DNA from: Chrysomallon squamiferum
Taxonomy: Eukaryota > Animalia > Mollusca
NCBI GenBank assembly: GCA_012295275.1
Contig: CM022672.1
Location: 27,032,001 to 27,096,000, forward strand
DNA: 64,000 nucleotides
Direction of reading: 5' to 3'
Shown piece by piece: positions 12,329-24,790 of the stretch. Within the stretch, counting starts at the first letter, position 1; each line of letters opens with the position of its first letter. Both the position numbers and the translations under genes were made by a program. The notes under the pieces are model-generated. The model searched no databases and was not told the DNA's origin. It saw nothing but the letters and a program-made list of their open reading frames with translations.

Positions 12329-14074
12329 CTGAAAAATAAAACCAAACTGTCAGATTTTAAAAATAATTTGGTATTTATTATTATTATTATTATTATTATT
12401 GTTGTTGTTGTTGTTGTTGTTGTTATTGTTGTTGTTGTTGTTGTTGTTGTAGAATAATAATTAATATGAAAGAGACAGTAAATACAAAATATATTGTACT
12501 GCTTATAATTTGTGTTTTGGTACATTACTGAAATTTAATTTAAGAGGTCCTGGGATCAAATCATTGAACATTTAATATTTATTTTATTGTTATTATTTTA
12601 TTAATTCCAATTTTTTATTTTATTTATTTACTGGTGTATACATATATTTACTTATTTATTTATTTACTTATTTACTTATTCATTCATTCATTCATTTATT
12701 TATGAACAACTAACTTAATACAAACAGGCCTACAAGTTTTAACATTGAAATGATCATAAACTTGGATATAAAATTACAAATGAATACAGAAAACATTAAA
12801 AAAACATTAACTGTTGTGTGACATAAAGATAAGTGATCACTATGAATATAAAAATATAATCAACCAAAAGAATAAAACACAGAATATTACATAAAATTGA
12901 TTTCATTGTACTGTATTCAAATAAAAATCTCTTACATTGTAATTATGACTGGAAAATAAATAAACCTGTCACAGTCAATACCTCTGTCATGTAACACAAA
13001 CCTTTATGTTTGTTTGTTTTCAAATGACAAGTGTCTTGCTCTGAATATTGATGAATTTAATGGATTCCAGGAAAAAACCAGAATCAATGAAACTATTAAA
13101 CTGCTATAAACTAGTCTATTTGTTGCAGACAGAATAAATTCTTCTATTTTTATTTTTACTCTTATCTGATATATGGAACTGTGTTTTCTTTGGTCATATT
13201 TAAATGGATTTTTTATTCTTTCTTGTAGTGGTTCAAGTGAAATCTATCTTATTAGTTTTATTAGGCTTTTATTGTTCTGTTTTTTATTGCATTTGTTATT
13301 GTTGAAATCATCATTATGATCATCACTTTTACTTTTGTTGTTATCATCATCATCATCATCATTATTATTATTATTAATTTTTCATTAATAAACTAATTAA
13401 TTTATTTAGAATTATTATTTTTAATGATTATTATTATAAAAATTATTTTGGTCATCATCATCATCTTCATTGTAATCTATTACGATTTTCTTTCACAACC
13501 AATAGCTAAACTGCATCTGAAAAGTTTAAAATTGTTTGGTCAGCAATTTTCTTTACATTATTGTGATCAAACAGTTATCAGATTTCTGCCACTCAAACAA
13601 CTCAGATAAACAAAAGACAATTGCTGGTAATTGGTAGATAAAAGTAAAAAAATTATGAAGGAAAATGTAGCTGTAATAGGGTCATTACAGAAAACGAACA
13701 AAAAAACCATTATGTAACAGCAAGGCGCAAAAAACTGAAGACTGAACTGAAAACCTTTCTAACTGGTGTTATATGACAAGATAATGAAAGAGAAAATTTG
13801 ATCCTGACATGCTATGAGTTTTCAGATTAGTGGCAAGGGATTTTTTTTATTGGTAGGAAATCATGGCTGTTGACAGACTTGCTGTAGAACAGCTGTAACA
13901 GGAAGGAATTTTTTTATAAAATGAGAAAACAAACATCACAGCTTTAGGTCACTGACTTTAACAGAAAGGAATTTTTTAATTAAAAACAAACATTAAAACA
14001 TGTCACAACTATAGGACATTGGCTTTAACAGCAAGGAATTTTTTTATATAAACATTTCACACCTGTAGATGGAA

Positions 14075-14255
14075 ATCATTAGCATTAAAGATATTATTTT
14101 TACAGACAAGAAAGCATTTGCCATTGATGTTGACAGACCAGCTATAGGAACCAACTGCACAGGGAAAAGTTCCAGAGATTACGTTGTAGAGATTTGATCC
14201 TGTGGCCAATCACATTATGTGTTATTACTTACTCTAACTTTGAGCTGCATTCTAG
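14075..14255 (-). mobile_element. Decayed SINE-like dispersed repeat (reverse orientation)
   Basis: Blocks attagc..aaagat, acagacaagaaagca, gatttgatcct and tgagctgca are reverse-complement-like to the copies at 16335 and 27590 and similar to 43370. Resembles a SINE family I recall from gastropods; not verified. Confidence 0.5.
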
Positions 14256-14567
14256 CAGCTCACAGCTGAACAAGTTGTTGATTTAAGAGATTTTATAAAA
14301 GTGATGATGATATGACTGGTAAAATAGTAATTATGTAGAGCTTAAATGTTCATTTAGCCAATTTTTATCATAATCAGGTTGAGAATTAAGCTGTCAACAT
14401 GTAAACTAATGTGAAAATTCCTGCTGCTGCTTATTTTCAAAAGGAAAACTTCATTCCAAATACTGAGAGTGAAAATACAGTATATACATACATAGATGTA
14501 TGCAAATAAAAAACAAATAAATTAATTAAAAAATTACAAATAAAAAAGAAAACCCAATCCATAAGAA

Positions 14568-14624
<57 letters not shown>

Positions 14625-14683
14625 TAATAAATAAATAAATAAAATAAAATAAGAGAATAAAACAAACAAAGCAGACATCTCAC

Positions 14684-14883
14684 CTTAGCAGCAGGTATAT
14701 TTAACTTTTCACAAGTTTTCTTCTCTTCATTCTCTGATTTGGATACAATGTTTCCATTCACATTAGCAGACGCAGTTTTCAGTGTCACCTTCTCTTCTTG
14801 TTTTCTTGATGGTTTCTCTCGCTGGACACTGGCAACTTTAGTATTCGTTGTTTTGACTGGATCTTCATTTTCTCTCCAGTCAC
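14684..14883 (-). CDS. C1orf21: C1orf21/DUF4612-like gene, coding exon 2: (S)DWRENEDPVKTTNTKVASVQREKPSRKQEEKVTLKTASANVNGNIVSKSENEEKKTCEKLNIPAAK
   Basis: Acceptor ttatttgaaaattcag, donor AAG|gtgaga, 200 nt, phase 1->0. Open hydrophilic frame, compatible with both neighbouring exons. Confidence 0.87.
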
Positions 14884-16334
14884 CTGAATTTTCAAATAAT
14901 TTCAAAATATAAAAAAATAAATGTACAAAATAATATATATATAATTATTTAATTTAAAAGCTATGAGAGAAAACCAGGATCTTTGCAATTTAAGTCTCTA
15001 ATCTAAATTAGTGCATGCCATTTGTTTTTGTTAATGAATTGTAAAGCATATTTGATAAAAAAAACAATAAAAAAAACAAACAAACATGCAGACACATAAA
15101 GAAAGAAACAAAACAAAGATAAATCTCCTGAAAATTGAAATACAAATCTTGAAAAGATTACTGCCAATATACAATCAAATATTTGTGTGATGGCTTTAAA
15201 AGTGATTTTAAAAAATATAAATAAAAACTATTAAATATGAAACCATTTACCATGAACAGTGCTACAACACTAGAGATAAAAAGTTATTACATACACTATA
15301 AAGAAAAAATAATAATAAAAATAATAATAATAATAGTGATATTGTTCATTTACATTATGTTTGATTTTCAATCAAGGCAAACACTTAATGCATTAGATAA
15401 GTTTTTAAAACATAAAGAGAAAGAAAAAGAAAAAAGAAGAAAATTCATTATAAAAAATAATGTTTGCTTTAACAATGAAACTGATCACTGGTGGCTGTTT
15501 GAGGTGTGTGTCACAAACAGATAAAATAAATAACCAAGTGGGTAAGCTTTGTAACGGCAACAGTGGACATGTTTGCCATTATAAAAGTTCATGTCTGAGA
15601 ATGAAACTTCAAAACAGATAAATATAATCTTGAATAAATGAAATAATTCAACACAAACTGATACAGCATATACAGCTGACAGATAAATTTTAACTAACAG
15701 ACGTTTCTGATTCAGTGGTCTTATTGACTTATCTAGCTTAAAACACTGAAAATGTCATCTTCCTTTTTCTGTTATGAAAACTGTCTGTCAAACTGTAACT
15801 AGTTTTAACAGAGCAACTAAATCATTTATCGAGCTTCCAGAAAAGAAACAGTATTAAGAGCAAACCAGCTTCAGAAGGGTGCTAATTTTTATCTAATAAA
15901 TACAATTATGATTTATAATTTTTTTTAAATCTTTTAATTTTTAATTTCATTATATTTTAAATATATTATATTAAGCCTTGGCCCAGAAAACTTTAAAATT
16001 TGGAAATCTGCATTACCTCTAATAACTGATCTGGTACCTGTAATCTCTTTTAATTGTTTTAACTATTTAATGTAACTATGAATTTTTTTTCTTATCAGTA
16101 TTAAAGCACATGTCACTTTTTGTTAAAACCTTTCATTTATGCAGTATAACTAGTTTTCTATTTATAGCAGTTAATTGATAGTATCTTTATATTCTTACTC
16201 TGTCATTTATCACTGAAAGAAATATATAAAACACAAATAAGAGAAAGAAAAATGAAGCGAACATTCATGTTTTCAGGCTGTGAAGAGTTGGTTGTGACTT
16301 AGCAATTAAGTAAGTCATTAACTCAAGTACAATG

Positions 16335-16500
16335 GATCCTAGGATCAATTATCCATGGAGGACAAATTGGGAATTTTCTAATTCCAGTCTTTCATCCACT
16401 AAGGCTTGTACCAAATCTAGTGGTAAATGTTTTTCAGAAAGTGGATATTAAAGATTCCTGTCTGCTAATCAATAAATGGTGGCAGGTAGTTTCTTTTCAC
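16335..16500 (+). mobile_element. Decayed SINE-like dispersed repeat
   Basis: ctaggatcaatt...gaaagtggatattaaagattcctgtctgctaatc parallels ccaggatcaatt...gaaagtgcatactaaagattccttgttgctgatc at 27590-27725. Confidence 0.55.
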
Positions 16501-17888
16501 TGTCTCATTATGAAATTACTTCTTTTGAGCTACAAACTCAGAAAGCAAAATGCAGATAAATCTTTGATCTTTTTGTAATGTTTCAGACATGAAGATCACA
16601 TTCTAGACTAAACTGATGGATCTGCTAATCATGATATATGTCCTCAGACATATACTTAATTCATGACCAAGATGGCTGTCACTGGCCTTAATTTTCATAG
16701 GTATTGGGATCAGGTTCTGCTGTGTATCATTAGTCATAATGTAACAAGATCACTGAGCTGGGATGTTGTTAAACATCCATTCATCTTAGACAACAGCCGA
16801 CAAGTAAATAGCTGATACATTCTCTACACTGGAATATCATTAAATATTTATTCTTATATTCATTTCTACACAATCCAGCTCTCTACTCTGCTGACTTTTA
16901 AATCAGACTATTTCCTTCTAGCACTACTGAAATAATGGAAAATGATGGATACAGTACTTTGCCTTCATTCTTATTAACCTGTTTGATATGATGGATATTA
17001 TACTGCTCTTCATTCCTGTAATTCTGTATAACACGATGGCAGTCTTGCCAAATGAAACACTTTAAATTCAGCAAGTACTCTGGCACTCAGTCCATATCAT
17101 CTCCTGCCTGCACTTTTCTGTTAAGAAACAATTTCTCTTTTTCTTGTATTGTAAAGAAATAAATGACATCCCAGACGGCAAACACAATTGAAATCTTTAT
17201 CAGATATCTCACAGTGAAATGAAAACAAAGCCTTGTCCAGCAGTGAATCAAATACTCCAGTATTCATTTCTTTATCACAGTTCACAACATGACCAGGTCT
17301 GCTAGCTCTCTGCTGTCCATGATGACTCCTTCCACACAACAAACTGGTAAACTAGGTCTGAATGGAAGAGTCTGCATCATTCCTAGTAATCGCGGATGTT
17401 AAGGCAATGCTGACTGAGATCAGTGAGAGATGGATACTGATCTTACTTTACAAAACACAACAAAATGAACCATTTCACAGTCTTGATGTCTGGTTAACAA
17501 AGTATTCATCATCATCAAGCAAGACTAGAAAACATGATCACATTTTTACATAAATCATCATTTACTGAGATAACTTAGTTCATTGATTTTTATGTTGTTC
17601 TTAATTTTTTTTTTTTTTTTTTCATTTTTGAACCTTTTTTTTCTGTTCTACCTTTTTTTTTTCTCAGTTTTTTAGAGTTTGTATTGATTTCATGGCCTAC
17701 TGCTCCAGTAAAATACACCATCCACTAGTTGACAAAAATAATTATTTCCAGTAAATGTTGGTATTTTTCTTTTTCTGAAGATGTTTGTCTGCATCATCAG
17801 ATATATGTAGGTGGTAAGAGGATTGTTCTGCATGAACCACTGCTCTATTCATTTCTAACTACAAATACACACACATACAGAGAGAGAG

Positions 17889-17945
<57 letters not shown>

Positions 17946-18109
17946 TATCGTGTTAAAATTGATTTATGTATTGAATTCATTACAGTCTTTATACAAAATA
18001 ACGATTAACTAATTTCACAATATTTCATTTACTTTTCTATTTTACAAATATATTAAAACTGGAACTGCTGCTCAAGCCACGCTGTGTGCACAGACGTAAT
18101 AAGACTTAC

Positions 18110-18230
18110 TTATTTTGTTGTTCTTTTCTGACTTTCCTCCTCCACCAACGTTTTTTTGTTTGATCAGTTTGCGGTCTTTGACTTCGTCAGTGCTGTTTTG
18201 GGAGTCACACTTACTCCTGCCACAGCCCAT
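18110..18230 (-). CDS. C1orf21: C1orf21/DUF4612-like gene, coding exon 1: MGCGRSKCDSQNSTDEVKDRKLIKQKNVGGGGKSEKNNKI
   Basis: ATG in strong context (atcATGg), MGCxxS N-myristoylation/palmitoylation motif as in recalled human MGCASAK, donor A|gtaagt, 121 nt, phase 1. The five exons sum to 477 nt = 158 aa + stop. Confidence 0.9.
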
Positions 18231-18299
18231 GATACGGTCGAGTGAAATCAACATGGAGGCGGTTACTCACACCTTGGGAGACCATCGACTGAGAACTAC
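18231..18299 (-). other. 5' UTR portion of the first coding exon (spliced from an upstream exon)
   Basis: Strong acceptor ctgctgtttcttacag|G at 18300, 69 nt upstream of the ATG. Confidence 0.7.
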
Positions 18300-20589
18300 C
18301 TGTAAGAAACAGCAGAACAAAGTCATTTTATTACTGTGAACAGGTAGGTCTGCTAGGAAAACAAAATAGAAAAATTTAAAAACAGATGATCTGTCTAGGT
18401 GTGGCTGCTGACTGCTTCACAGGCTTGAAGCATTTATTCAGTGATTTTGAAATCCATTTATTTGTTAATGTTTTGAAAACTTTTCTGTCAATGATGTAAT
18501 TATTACCCACTGCAGATATGCTTGAATCATTAATGTGCGTGTTAAGATACATCAAAAACTATATGAATGAACTATTAACTGCTTGTTTCAACTTATGAGA
18601 TATGCAAGTTTCCTGAATGCCACACAAGTTTTGTTTGATTAACTGGAAACTGTTAATAAGCCTAATGGTACAGATTCATCTTCTACATTTTAGCAATTCC
18701 TTCCACCATGTTTTTATGTACAAGCAGATCTCTGAAAACTGGAATCCTTTGAAAATCAGACATTTTTCTTCATCCCAAGTATGTCTGATTTAGAGGGATT
18801 CCACTATAATATTACACACACACATACACAAGCTAATCATACCATTAATAATAAACCCATTCAAAAAACTTATAATGAAGTTTATTATCTGCAATTTAAA
18901 ATATAACTATGACAATGGCAAACAGAATTATATTAATTTTATGAATGACCTTACATTTAGTGTATTAGAAAATCCATCTGTTGAAAAACAATCAGTTACA
19001 CACATTTTCTCTCATGAAGACAAAATCTGACTCATTTCCCTGACCAAAGTGTTTAAATATTAAATAAAAAAATCAGAAAAAAATCAAAAATTATTCGAAA
19101 TCTGTTTTATTAAAACTTTTCTCTGACTAAAACGTTTCTGTCTTTCAGCACATGTTATGACAATTATACTCAAATGATTAACTTGACTATCAGCATCTGA
19201 AGTGTAACCATCAAACAACAACAAATAAACATTTTCTCTGACACAAGCTTGGCAACTGGCTTTCATGAGGTGTTGTGAACTGTTTAGCTACAATGATTAA
19301 CTTGAAATTTAGCATTTTAATTAGATTAAAAACCATTAGATTAAAAACCAAATATCTTCAGTAGAAGTCTCAAAACTTTCTTTTAAAATGCATTGGTTGT
19401 AGTAGATTCTATGTTTAGTCTCTCGGGAAGCCTTCATGCTTGTTACTAATCAGTCTGATCTTGTTGTAGCTGCACTCTTATTTAATGAACAAACAGGCCC
19501 AGATTCTGACACTGATACAGATCTAGACAAATAATCAAAGGACCTAGACCCCGATAGACCCAGACATACACCCAAAAAGAATCCTAAACTCTGGCCTCAT
19601 TCCAGACAGAGATAAGGACCTAAACCCAGACTTCATTGCAGATACAGATAAGAATCCAGAAAGTGTTTGAGTTAGGATTTATGCAGGATTGGTTTATAAC
19701 TATGTCTATAAAGAGATCAATGAATGTTACACAAAACAAGAGCTAACTAGTTGTAGCATGGTGCAATTCTGAAATTTTGTGCTCTCAAAACCATTATTTG
19801 TTAAACAGAAATATCTGATCCAAATATTTTCATGTTGTTTTTTATTTATGATTATAAGCACTGTTATAGACAAATGTGCACTGACATTTTTTTTTTTTTT
19901 TAAAAGGCTGTAGTATATATTTGTATGTCTCCAGAAGATTCACATAAAATATCTGTTCTTGAAAATACAACTAGTGAAATGTTTCTATTCTTAACCTTTT
20001 TGTATCAGAAATATCTTTTTAAAAAAAGAAGAAAAAAGACCAACATTGCTGGGACCATTCAGGTACAAAAGCCTGCTGAGATAATGTTTTAAAAAAAGAA
20101 GAAAGAAAAGAAAATCATGCATTAATTTAGAGAAATTTCATAAAATATTTCTACTTTTACTGAAAGATAATGCTTGAAGACACTTATGTAACATCATGTT
20201 ATTGTTAACATTTAAAGAAATACAGACCTGTCTAGTTCAAATCCTGTCCATCACAGAAATCTCTAGGTAAAAGAAATATTTAAAAATATGTGGAATTTAA
20301 CTCTCTGTTATGTATGAGAATCTTCTGACATAGTAAAGCTGTGTATACACACTGAGGTGGGGGGGAAGTGACTGAAGATTTTAATTACAAACTCTATAAA
20401 CACATCTGCAGATTCAAGCTGTTTCTAAAAAACTCATATCTCTGCATCATATTGAAATCTCTAGCTGCTTCACAGGTAATCACACTGTTAGCATTTATTG
20501 AAATTTGTATTTCAATATATATATATCTGCATATGTTTATCTATCAGTCTATCTATTTATCTATCTATCTATCTATCCCTATCTCTACA

Positions 20590-20938
20590 CACACACACAC
20601 ACACACACATACACACATACATGTGGGGGGGGGTGGCTTGATAATTCAGAAAATATGCACCTTTTTGAAAAAAAATGAGTTACCAAGCAAAAACATTTTA
20701 CTCAATGGTCACCAATTAGTATTACTTTCTGTTTTCTACATTCTTAGTAATTTTTCTTAATTAAATATGGTTCATGTTCCTTAATTTTAGATTTACCAAA
20801 TATTTCTTAGAAATCCTGGTTTAATTAGTAACAATCACAATACATTGATTTCATAACACAGTGAAGACTTACTGACATTTAGACCAAGAACATTTATTTC
20901 AATATTTTCTGACAGAAGAAATTCCAATTAACATAACT
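20590..20938 (+). repeat. Left arm of a ~350-bp inverted repeat (partner 23603-23940)
   Basis: For example aaaaaaatgagttaccaagcaaaaacattttact...agtattactttctgttttctacattcttagtaatttttcttaattaaatatg is found reverse-complemented at ~23770-23870. Confidence 0.92.
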
Positions 20939-21935
20939 AAAAAAAAAAATAAAAAAAAATTGTCATTACATTACAAGTTTTACAGAAAACCACCGGCATT
21001 GTATTTAGACTAGATTCTGCTTGTCTAAAAATAGGAAAATAATTTAGAAAAATTAAATACATTTGAATGGTTTCACAATGCCTTATTATGGACTAAAAGT
21101 ACAGCCAACATGAATTCACATCACAGTCAATAATTATTTAATTGTGATTTATAATAATAAAACTCAAGAATGTCTACACATTCTTTCTATGAAGATATGT
21201 AATGTGATTAAATATACTTGTAATTAAGTATTTGCTTTGAATAGTACAAAATTTCAGTATATGTTTATGAGACTGACAGCAGCAGTACTTCAAAATATAC
21301 TTACAGAGATATTTATGTTTCAGAAAATGGCCATAGACTTGTTTATCAAAGACCACGGTTTGTACTGTCCTGCCCTCAGATGTTTCACATTCCTGAATGA
21401 TATTCCAGAGACAACAATATCCCCAGTTTTGTATTATTTTCAGGTAGTTCCTGAATATTATATAAGTGTCTACTATATCCTGAATTTTATACAAGTATTA
21501 ACTGTATCCTTAAATAATTTGTATCTGATTTATATGAAAGTTTCTCAATATAAAATAATAATAATAAGAAGAAGAAGAAGAAGAAGAAAAAGGACTTCAC
21601 TTTACACAAATAACTGTTTTATTTTATCTCTGGAAAATAACAGAACCCTAGTGATTTAAAGACTCTTCTTTTCTTTTTTTTTCTCTGACAAGTTGCCAAG
21701 GAATAATAAACCATTGTATAATCTCTCAGATTTAAAAAAAAAGAAGAAAAAAATGGAAGTAAGACACAAGAAATAACGGAAGACTATTTACAAAATATAT
21801 ATATATATATACATACATATATATATATATACACATATATATACATATATATATACATATATATACATACACACACACACACACATCACCTGTGTTTAAT
21901 ATCTGAGGTAAATGTCAATCATCAATTGTTTTATT

Positions 21936-22227
21936 TTTAATTAGTAACAAAACTCATATATCATCATGTACAGATTTCACTAACAATGGAATCCTTTCTA
22001 AGCAACAACCAAGAAAATTTAGATTTAAACAGAATTAATTCCAGTAAATGCATTAATGCTAGCGTTATAATGAAAACCAACAGTGTTGTGTTTAAATTGG
22101 ATTCTGCTTGTCTAAAAATAGGAAAATCATTTAGAAAAGGGAAATAGATTTGTATAGTTTCACTTTGCTTTTGTTTTTGAATAGCAGTGGAGCCAGTTCA
22201 TGTTTACAAGTTTATTTAATTGTTATT
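21936..22227 (+). repeat. Third, more diverged direct copy related to 20819-21150
   Basis: Shares tttaattagtaacaa, accaagaa.attt and an exact gattctgcttgtctaaaaataggaaaat block. Confidence 0.8.
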
Positions 22228-22343
22228 AAGATTGAAAATGTAGTAGTGATGCAAACAAAGATACTATAATGTATTTTGCAGGAATCTAATTTATTTTATT
22301 TTTGTAATAAATCTTTGCTTTTATACTCACACAGATACAGGTT

Positions 22344-22440
22344 AACAAACAGTCATGTTATTTTTTTTTCAGTTGTTTTAATTTACTTTTAGATGGGTGT
22401 CGTTTTTCTTCTTTCTCACACACACACACACATACATATA

Positions 22441-22494
<54 letters not shown>

Positions 22495-22563
22495 AGAAGA
22501 AAAAAGACACCCATCTAAAAGTAAATTAAAACAACTGAAAAAAAAATAACATGACTGTTTGTT
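22344..22563. repeat. Near-perfect 220-bp palindrome/hairpin centred on (CA)n/(TG)n
   Basis: aacaaacagtcatgttatttttttttcagttgttttaatttacttttagatgggtgtc... is mirrored by ...gacacccatctaaaagtaaattaaaacaactgaaaaaaaaataacatgactgtttgtt. Confidence 0.95.
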
Positions 22564-23089
22564 TTCACTACGATTGCCAAAGTTGTCACACCTTTTAGTT
22601 AATAAGGTTTTTTTCTCTCATTTTATGTAACACATGACATATTTAGTACCAGAGACTGAAAGGACAATAAAATATTTCCTCCATGATTTCTCTTGAGATT
22701 TTTATATTGTGTGTTGTACTTTGTTTTCATCATTATGTTATTGCCACAGTTTCTTTTCTTTGAGGGTTTTGGGGTTTTATTAATTATAATTTTTTTTATA
22801 ACTATATTGATTGTTTGTTTGTTTGTATTTTTTGTTTTATTTTTTATTTATTATTTAAAATATGACATAATGGATAAGTGAGAACAGAAAAGAGATGAAA
22901 TAATCATACAGAAGTAAGCAAAATACATTTAAGCTGTTTGTTTTTACACAGAATATTTCAACATCTTTATCATATTTATGAAAAAAACAGAAATATTTGT
23001 GATTTAAGAAACGTTTTAAGAATTACTGACTTTCTATAAATACAAAACTTGTAAAAAGTTAACTCAGGAAAAAAAAAAAAAAAAAAAAA

Positions 23090-23455
23090 AGAATCAAAAT
23101 GGAAGAGAAGTAATAACTGGAGATATACAGGATACACAAGACAAAAAAAGAATCGAAATAAAAGATCAGATTAATAATCAGTGGAGATATACAGGATACA
23201 CAAGAAAAAAAAAAAAAAAAAATCAATCAAAATGAAAGAAAAGACAGGTTAATAATCAATGGAGATATACAGGATACACAAGAAAAAAGAATCAAAATGA
23301 AAGAAAAGAACAGGTTAAAAATCAACGGAGAGAGATATATAGGATACACAAGAAAAAAGAATCAAAATGAAAGAAAAGACAGGTTAATAACCAATGGAGA
23401 GATACAGGATACAGGACGAAAAGAATTGAAAGAAAAGACATTAACTAATGGAGAA
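23090..23455. repeat. Purine-rich ~65-bp minisatellite (ggagatatacaggatacacaagaaaaaagaatcaaaatgaaagaaaagacaggttaataatcaat), about 5 copies
   Basis: Seen directly. Confidence 0.88.
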
Positions 23456-23602
23456 GAATGATCAATATGACTGACTGATCAGTACAACTGACTGCTTCCT
23501 GTTTTTATCTCAGATCAAACATGCTGTAGGGAATCTTATTTTTCATCTTACAGTAGATCATCTCTAGATATATATATGTAAGCAGTTGTTTTTTTCTTTT
23601 TA

Positions 23603-23940
23603 AGTTATATTAATTGGAATTTCTTCTGCCAGAAAATATTCAAATAAATTTTATTGGTCTTTGTCAGTAAGTCTTCACTGTGTTATGAAATCAGTAAATT
23701 GTGATTATCAGTAATTAAAACAGAACTTCAAAGAAATAATTGGTAAATCTAAAATAAAGGAACATAAATCATATTTAATTAAGAAAAATTACTAAGAATG
23801 TAGAAAACAGAAAGTAATACTAATCTCTGGCCATGAAGTAAAATGTTTTTGCTTGGTAACTCATTTTTTTTCACAAAAGGTACATTCTTTCTGATATACA
23901 CAGCTATCCCTCCCCACATATATGTGTGTGTGTGTGATAT
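23603..23940 (-). repeat. Right arm of the ~350-bp inverted repeat (partner 20590-20938)
   Basis: Reverse-complement match. The ORF track shows the same pseudo-peptide KKNELPSKNILL...LVLLSVFYILSNFS on opposite strands. Confidence 0.92.
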
Positions 23941-24234
23941 ATGATTATATGTATGAGTGTGTGTGTGTGTGTGCATGTTTGTGAGTGCATGCAGTAAAAG
24001 AAATATTTTCCAGTAACAGTAACCAAGATTATTCAACAAATTAATATTTGTTAAATGCCTGATCCCTGTGGCAATTCTCTATTCTAAAGAAAAATGTCGG
24101 TCACCTATTTTATTGTTATTTTCATCATAATGAGACATTTATTAATAACTCTACTGAAGGTTAGCCAAGATCTTTCAACCAAATGAAAGAATTCTGCAAA
24201 GACTTGGTCCCAGCTACAGACCTATGAACTAACT

Positions 24235-24790
24235 AATGATATACTGTCATGCGTGGCAGTCATCTGAACTAAAAAATGAAATGATATCATGTGTGGCAGT
24301 CCTCCTAATTAAATGTATTAGTTACTGTCATATGTGGCAGTCTTGTGAAATAAAATAATATATATATAAAAATTAAACAGTGTCATGGTGTGGCAGTTCT
24401 GAGAATTAAATGAATGGTACTCTTTTGTGTGGCATTAATGTTTTGTGTGGCATCCTCTGAACTAAATGATTTATATACTGTCATATGTGACAGCTCCTAA
24501 TAAAAAAATTAAACAGATAATAATGTGGCCATCCTCTCAAATAAAAGAATGAATCACTGTCATGTGTGGCAGTCCTCTCAACTGTATGAATTAAATGCTG
24601 TTATATGTGACAACAACAAACACACAAACAAACAAAAAATGAAGTAATATGTGGCAATCCTCTCAAATAAAAGAATGAAACATTGCCATGTGTGGCAGTC
24701 CTCTCAACTATATGATTTAAATACTGTCGTATGTGGCAGCCCTCTTTAAAAAAAGAATGATATACTGTCACATGTGGCAGCTCTAAACGA
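24235..24790. repeat. Old degenerate ~40-bp minisatellite (core tactgtcatatgtggcagtcctct), about 14 copies
   Basis: gtggca/gtgaca core recurs at ~40-bp spacing. Confidence 0.85.

Noticed and set aside
14624-14683. Hydrophobic tail (VRCLLCLFYSLILFYLFIY*) on read-through of coding exon 2, suggesting a tail-anchored isoform
   Set aside because: T-rich intron sequence routinely translates as hydrophobic residues, and a strong donor is present.
21174-21659. Overlapping 140-aa and 106-aa ORFs
   Set aside because: Non-ATG starts, no recognisable motif, and the + ORF ends in simple repeats.
20368-24039. Apparent paralogous ORF pair (20368-20760 + and 23779-24039 -) sharing a C-terminus
   Set aside because: The similarity comes from the DNA inverted repeat, and both ORFs run through microsatellites.
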